Below, piece by piece: positions 39,311 to 43,071 of a DNA stretch of 43,071 nt. The stretch's first letter is position 1. Every line of letters starts with the position of its first letter. The DNA comes from Casimicrobiaceae bacterium (lineage in GTDB: Bacteria; Pseudomonadota; Gammaproteobacteria; Burkholderiales; Casimicrobiaceae), in NCBI GenBank assembly GCA_036786505.1, contig DAIQRF010000001.1:1-43071 (forward strand), in the 5' to 3' direction. Position numbers and translations under genes: made by a program. The notes below the pieces were generated by a model. The model saw nothing but the letters and a program-made list of their open reading frames with translations. It did not search any database and was not told where the DNA came from.

Positions 39311-42300
39311 ATGGGCGATTGGGATGTCGTCTCCACACAACCGACCGCAGCGGCGCCGCCGCCGTCTTACGACACGGCGCTCTCGCCCGGCGACGAGGTA
39401 AAGTTTCGTGGCTGGAAGCAGAAGTATGCGCCAAACGACACCGGCACCGACTACGATCTCCGCGGCGCCTACAAAGCGGGACTGACGCCGAATCCGGAAC
39501 GCGGGCACTGGCCCGACACCTTCAAGAAGCCCAACCACCCGACGTTTAGCGATCAGAGCCAGTACAGCAAGGGCGACGTCAGCGGCGGCCATTGGGGCGA
39601 CGACAACTCGTTCACGCCATCGCCGACGAACCTGCAGCAACACAGCGCGGCGGAGCTCCAGCAGTACTTCAAGCAGAACGAACCCGCCAGTAAATTGAAT
39701 GCGGCGCCGCCGGCAGCCGGCGACGGCTGGAATGTTGTATCGAGCACGCCCGCAAAAACCAGCCTGCTCGACGACGCGGGCGAAACCCTGCACCAGTTCT
39801 GGTCGCAGGTAAACCCGGCGACGCAAGCCCAAGGCGCCGTCGCGCCCGTGCTGCATCCCCAAGACGCCTATCACGGGTACGTGCAGCAGCAGTCGGATCT
39901 TCTCCACAGCAGCGGCGAAGCGTTCAAAAAAGGCCAGTACTCCGAAGGCGTGCGCCACGGCTTGATGTATATGCTGAACGGCATCCCCGGCGTCGGTGCG
40001 CTGCTCGATCGCGCCGGCAATAAAGCGGGCGCCGGAGATTATAAGGGCGCCGTGGCCGACACGGCAGCCGTGGCCACGCTGCTCGGCGAAGGAAAGATCC
40101 TGCACGCAGGGACCGAGGCAGCGACCGAACCGGGAGCGATCAGCCAGCCGATCGCGGCCGCCGGCGACGCCATAAAACGAGGCGCGCAAGCGACGGCCAC
40201 AAAAGTCCAGCAGGGATCGGCCGCGCTGCCCACGCCAACTCTCGCCGAAGGAGCTGTGGCCCTGTCTGGGCATCCGCAGATCGCCAGCGGCATGTACGCC
40301 AAGCGGGCAATCCCCGCCGTGTGGGATGCCCTGAAGAAGCCGGCGCTGCCTCCCGCCGTCGACACCGGCCGCCCGATCGGAGCGCCGCAGCCGTTAACCC
40401 CGAGCGAAATGCGGACCCCGCAGGTCGAGGACATCCCCGACGTGGCGCGCCCTGAAGGACCAGAAGCACCTCCGACCGCTGGATCCGCGCGCACCTCGCG
40501 TCCAGTCGGCCCGCCGGCGGCGCTGCCGCGCGACCAGATGCAGACCCCGCTGCCTCCGGAGCCAATGCCTGACACGCCATGGCGCGTCGTCTCGCACGAA
40601 CCCACGCCCCCGGCCGCGATCCCGCGCGCCGAAAGCCTGAAGCCCGAAGTCGCGAAGACCCTGAAGGAAGGCGCTGTGCGCGAGAACCCCGACGGCAGCC
40701 GGCAAATACTGCAACGCGTGCCCCTCGACAAGATCGCGAGCGACCCCGGAAACGAAATCTATCCCGACGTCGTCGGCAGCTACCAGCGCAACGGCTACAG
40801 CGTCCACCCCGAGCTGCGCGCCAACGAGGCCGGCGGATTGACCGTTCAAGAGGGACACCACCGAATCGCGGCCGACGTGAAGAACGGGAAGACCGATGTG
40901 CTGGCCTGGACGCCACAAGCCGAATCGGTCCCAGCGCCGACCGTGCTGCAGGCGATCGACCAGGGAATCTCCAAGCGCGAGCCAGGTGAAGCCGCCGCGC
41001 CCGCCGTGACCGCGCCGCCGCCGGCCAGCCCGGCCGCGCCAGCGGCCGCGGCGCCGCCCTACGGCAAGCAGTACATCACGCCCGGCCAGGTCACCAAATA
41101 CGCAGCCGATAACGGCATCGAAGAAGCGGACGCTGCAGCCGCGCTCCAAAAGCAAGGAGTCAGCGTCGTCGACCGCTCCTCAACCAACCGCGTGCTTCAC
41201 GCCATCGGCGCCGAGCTGGGCTATAACCATGGCACCTTGAGCGAGATCGCGCACGCCACCTACGGCACCGGCCTGGGCAAGATGACCCACGAGCAGATGA
41301 TGGAGCTGGCCGAAAAGCTGGGCAACGAGCAAGCCACCAAAGAACCGCTCGCGACCAAGCGCGCCGGCACGCCGGCCGACATATCAGACAACCCAGCGAT
41401 CGCGCCCGAGGCTGAGGGCTCGCCGCTCGGCGGCGTGATCGCGCAGCTCCCCACCAGCGAACTCCACGCGGATCCGGTCCGCTTCCAATACAAAACCGGC
41501 ATGGGGCAGGGCGGCGCCGGCGAGGAGCTACGCAGCGTTACCAAATTTGACCCCGAGAAATCGGGCATCCTCAGCGTCTGGAAGGATCCAGCAGACGGCA
41601 AAACTTACGTGGTCAACGGACACCACCGCCTGGAACTCGCGCAGCGCACCGGCGCCGAAAGCGTGACCGTTCGCTATCTCGACGCAGCCAACGCGGCCGA
41701 GGCGAGAGCCAAGGGCGCGATGATCAACATCGCCGAAGGACGCGGCACGTCGATCGACGCGGCGAAGGTATTCAGGGATTCAGGCGCAACGGCCGACGAT
41801 CTCAAAAACCAAGGGCTCTCGTTGACCGGCAGCGTGGCAAAGGAAGGCCCGTCGCTGGCCAATCTGGACCCGAGCCTTTTCAACCAGGTCGTGAGCGGCG
41901 AGATGAAGCCGGCGCGCGGCGCCATGATCGGCCAGGTCGCCGAGCACGCCGACCAGCGCCAGCTCGTGAAGTTAATCCAGGAACGCGAAGCGAGCGGCAA
42001 GCCGATGACCGACGGCCAGGTGCAGGAGATGCTGCGTATGCAGGCGCCGCAGGTTACCGAAACCCAGCATTCGCTCTTCGGCGACGACGAGGTCTCGCGC
42101 AGCCTGATCGCCGAGAAGGCCGGCGTGAGCGACTACATCCAGAGCCGGCTCACGCAGAAACGGCGCACGTTTAACGCGGTCGGCAACGAGCGCGCAGCCA
42201 CCCGCCTGGCCGAAGCCGGCAACGTGATCGACGCCGAGAAGAACGCCGCGATCGCGGAAGCGACGAACCAGGAGCACGCGGTTTATCAGAAGCTGTCGAC

Positions 42301-42646
42301 GTCGACCGGCCCCGTCGCCGACGCACTCGACGAGGCAGCGAAGGCCCTGCACGCGGGCGAGAATCCAGCGATCGTAAAAGTGAGGACGTATGCCAAAATC
42401 GAACCCATTCTCAAGCAAGAAGCCGACAAACTCACCGGCCGCAGTGGCGCATCTGGTCAGCGATCTGAAGGATCTGCACAAGCTGGGAGCGGTCAAGCTG
42501 GCCGAGGGAAACCAAATCCATCTGCCGCAGCCGCCCAAAGCGCAGGGAAACGCGCTTCCGTCACCGCGACCGCCGATGACGATCTCGAAGCACCTCTGAG
42601 GGAATCGATCAAGAACGCGAGGAAGGCCAGCGATCTGATGCGCTAA
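39311..42646 (+). CDS. Large multidomain internal protein with two ParB/Srx-like domains (1111 aa)
   Basis: GHHR motifs at nt 40853 (EGHHRIA) and 41618 (NGHHRLELA) in ParB-nuclease-like contexts. Pro/Ala-rich linkers. Last gene of the structural operon. Confidence 0.88.
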   Translation: MGDWDVVSTQPTAAAPPPSYDTALSPGDEVKFRGWKQKYAPNDTGTDYDLRGAYKAGLTPNPERGHWPDTFKKPNHPTFSDQSQYSKGDVSGGHWGDDNSFTPSPTNLQQHSAAELQQYFKQNEPASKLNAAPPAAGDGWNVVSSTPAKTSLLDDAGETLHQFWSQVNPATQAQGAVAPVLHPQDAYHGYVQQQSDLLHSSGEAFKKGQYSEGVRHGLMYMLNGIPGVGALLDRAGNKAGAGDYKGAVADTAAVATLLGEGKILHAGTEAATEPGAISQPIAAAGDAIKRGAQATATKVQQGSAALPTPTLAEGAVALSGHPQIASGMYAKRAIPAVWDALKKPALPPAVDTGRPIGAPQPLTPSEMRTPQVEDIPDVARPEGPEAPPTAGSARTSRPVGPPAALPRDQMQTPLPPEPMPDTPWRVVSHEPTPPAAIPRAESLKPEVAKTLKEGAVRENPDGSRQILQRVPLDKIASDPGNEIYPDVVGSYQRNGYSVHPELRANEAGGLTVQEGHHRIAADVKNGKTDVLAWTPQAESVPAPTVLQAIDQGISKREPGEAAAPAVTAPPPASPAAPAAAAPPYGKQYITPGQVTKYAADNGIEEADAAAALQKQGVSVVDRSSTNRVLHAIGAELGYNHGTLSEIAHATYGTGLGKMTHEQMMELAEKLGNEQATKEPLATKRAGTPADISDNPAIAPEAEGSPLGGVIAQLPTSELHADPVRFQYKTGMGQGGAGEELRSVTKFDPEKSGILSVWKDPADGKTYVVNGHHRLELAQRTGAESVTVRYLDAANAAEARAKGAMINIAEGRGTSIDAAKVFRDSGATADDLKNQGLSLTGSVAKEGPSLANLDPSLFNQVVSGEMKPARGAMIGQVAEHADQRQLVKLIQEREASGKPMTDGQVQEMLRMQAPQVTETQHSLFGDDEVSRSLIAEKAGVSDYIQSRLTQKRRTFNAVGNERAATRLAEAGNVIDAEKNAAIAEATNQEHAVYQKLSTSTGPVADALDEAAKALHAGENPAIVKVRTYAKIEPILKQEADKLTGRSGASGQRSEGSAQAGSGQAGRGKPNPSAAAAQSAGKRASVTATADDDLEAPLRESIKNARKASDLMR

Positions 42647-42908
42647 TCACCGCAGCTCGAAACGTGATGAGGGCCGCGACGGGGGATAGGGCTCGGAATG
42701 CGTCCTGCAATAACAACAGGCCCGCGCGCGTAGCATCGTCGTACTCAGTGCCGCAGCCCGGACATTCAGCGGAATGCTTTGGATCTCCCAGAATCTTGTT
42801 CCGTGGGAGACGCTCCTCTAAGTCCAAAAGTATTTGCGTGCTGCACTGCCGGCAGCCAATCGACACCTTGCGCAGATCGGATAGGCTCACCACTGACTGT
42901 GTTTGCAT
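42609..42908 (-). CDS. Zinc-ribbon protein (99 aa)
   Basis: Met31 of ORF 42609..42998 with GAGGGGAGAG RBS. CRQC...CPGC. The 3' end overlaps the convergent 1111-aa gene by 38 nt. Confidence 0.65.
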   Translation of the reverse strand: MQTQSVVSLSDLRKVSIGCRQCSTQILLDLEERLPRNKILGDPKHSAECPGCGTEYDDATRAGLLLLQDAFRALSPVAALITFRAAVISASDRWPSSRS

Positions 42909-42921
42909 GGTATCTCTCCCC

Positions 42922-43005
42922 TCACTTCGCCGCCGCCGTAAGGAGTTTCTCGAATACCTCTGGGAGTGTTGCTCCCAACCGTGTCTTTTCCGCCACACGT
43001 TGCAT
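42922..43005 (-). CDS. 27-aa micro-ORF (MQRVAEKTRLGATLPEVFEKLLTAAAK)
   Basis: Hand-translated. GAGGGGAGGGGGATA-ATG RBS right after the duplicated stop of gene 6..215. Its own stop sits in the RBS of the zinc-ribbon gene. Confidence 0.35.
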   Translation of the reverse strand: MQRVAEKTRLGATLPEVFEKLLTAAAK

Positions 43006-43016
43006 TATCCCCCTCC

Positions 43017-43071
43017 CCTCACTTCGCCGGCGCCGCGCCCTTGCGCCCGGCCCAAATCCACGCCGCGATCG
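43017..43071. repeat. Terminal direct repeat, right copy
   Basis: Matches 4..58 (52 identical, 1 mismatch, 2 identical) and runs to the last base of the window. Confidence 0.95.

Noticed and set aside
39011-40273. Long antisense or alternate-frame ORFs in the track (also 33529..34665, 22923..23780, 17132..18025, 18758..19438, 9421..10062, 5885..6520)
   Set aside because: The translations are Arg/Gly/Ala/Pro-rich and lie opposite to, or out of frame with, strongly supported genes. This is the usual stop-codon-poor artefact of GC-rich DNA.

Overview
The window looks like one essentially complete, GC-rich tailed-phage genome of about 43 kb. The last 55 nt repeat positions 4..58, and a leftward operon reads straight across that junction, so the sequence is probably circularly permuted rather than a prophage with host flanks. 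All family calls come from motifs read by eye; no search was run.

Gene layout, four blocks:
- 647..3614 (+): small early genes ending in a resolvase/invertase-size serine recombinase.
- 3835..11238 (-): early genes, including two Tat-signal proteins, an HNH endonuclease and a winged-helix 406-aa protein.
- 11470..42646 (+), about 31 kb: HTH regulator, two tandem sigma-70-family factors, a NusG/RfaH-like factor, a lysis cassette, a ParB-DNA methyltransferase fusion, terS/terL, and a P22-like morphogenesis module (portal, scaffold, coat, two gp4-like adaptors, gp10-like hub, fibre-like proteins, three ejection-type proteins, the last 1111 aa with two ParB-like domains).
- 468..6 continuing at 43005..42609 (-): a short leftward operon that wraps the window ends.

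No tRNA, rRNA, CRISPR array, reverse transcriptase, tyrosine or large-serine integrase, or DNA polymerase was seen.

Most unusual observations:
1. A perfect 30-bp inverted repeat pair encloses a 201-bp AT-rich segment near the serine recombinase, a candidate inverton.
2. A strand-specific motif, TGGCGACTA(C/T)A, recurs six times, mostly just upstream of start codons, alongside the phage NusG paralogue and sigma factors.
3. A carrier-protein plus GNAT pair sits between the fibre genes and the ejection-protein genes.
4. Four proteins in the structural module have signal-peptide-like N-termini.
5. A promoter-plus-terminator unit in the main divergent control region is a candidate small RNA.
6. 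Several genes have sigma70-like promoters placed so that the mRNA would be leaderless.
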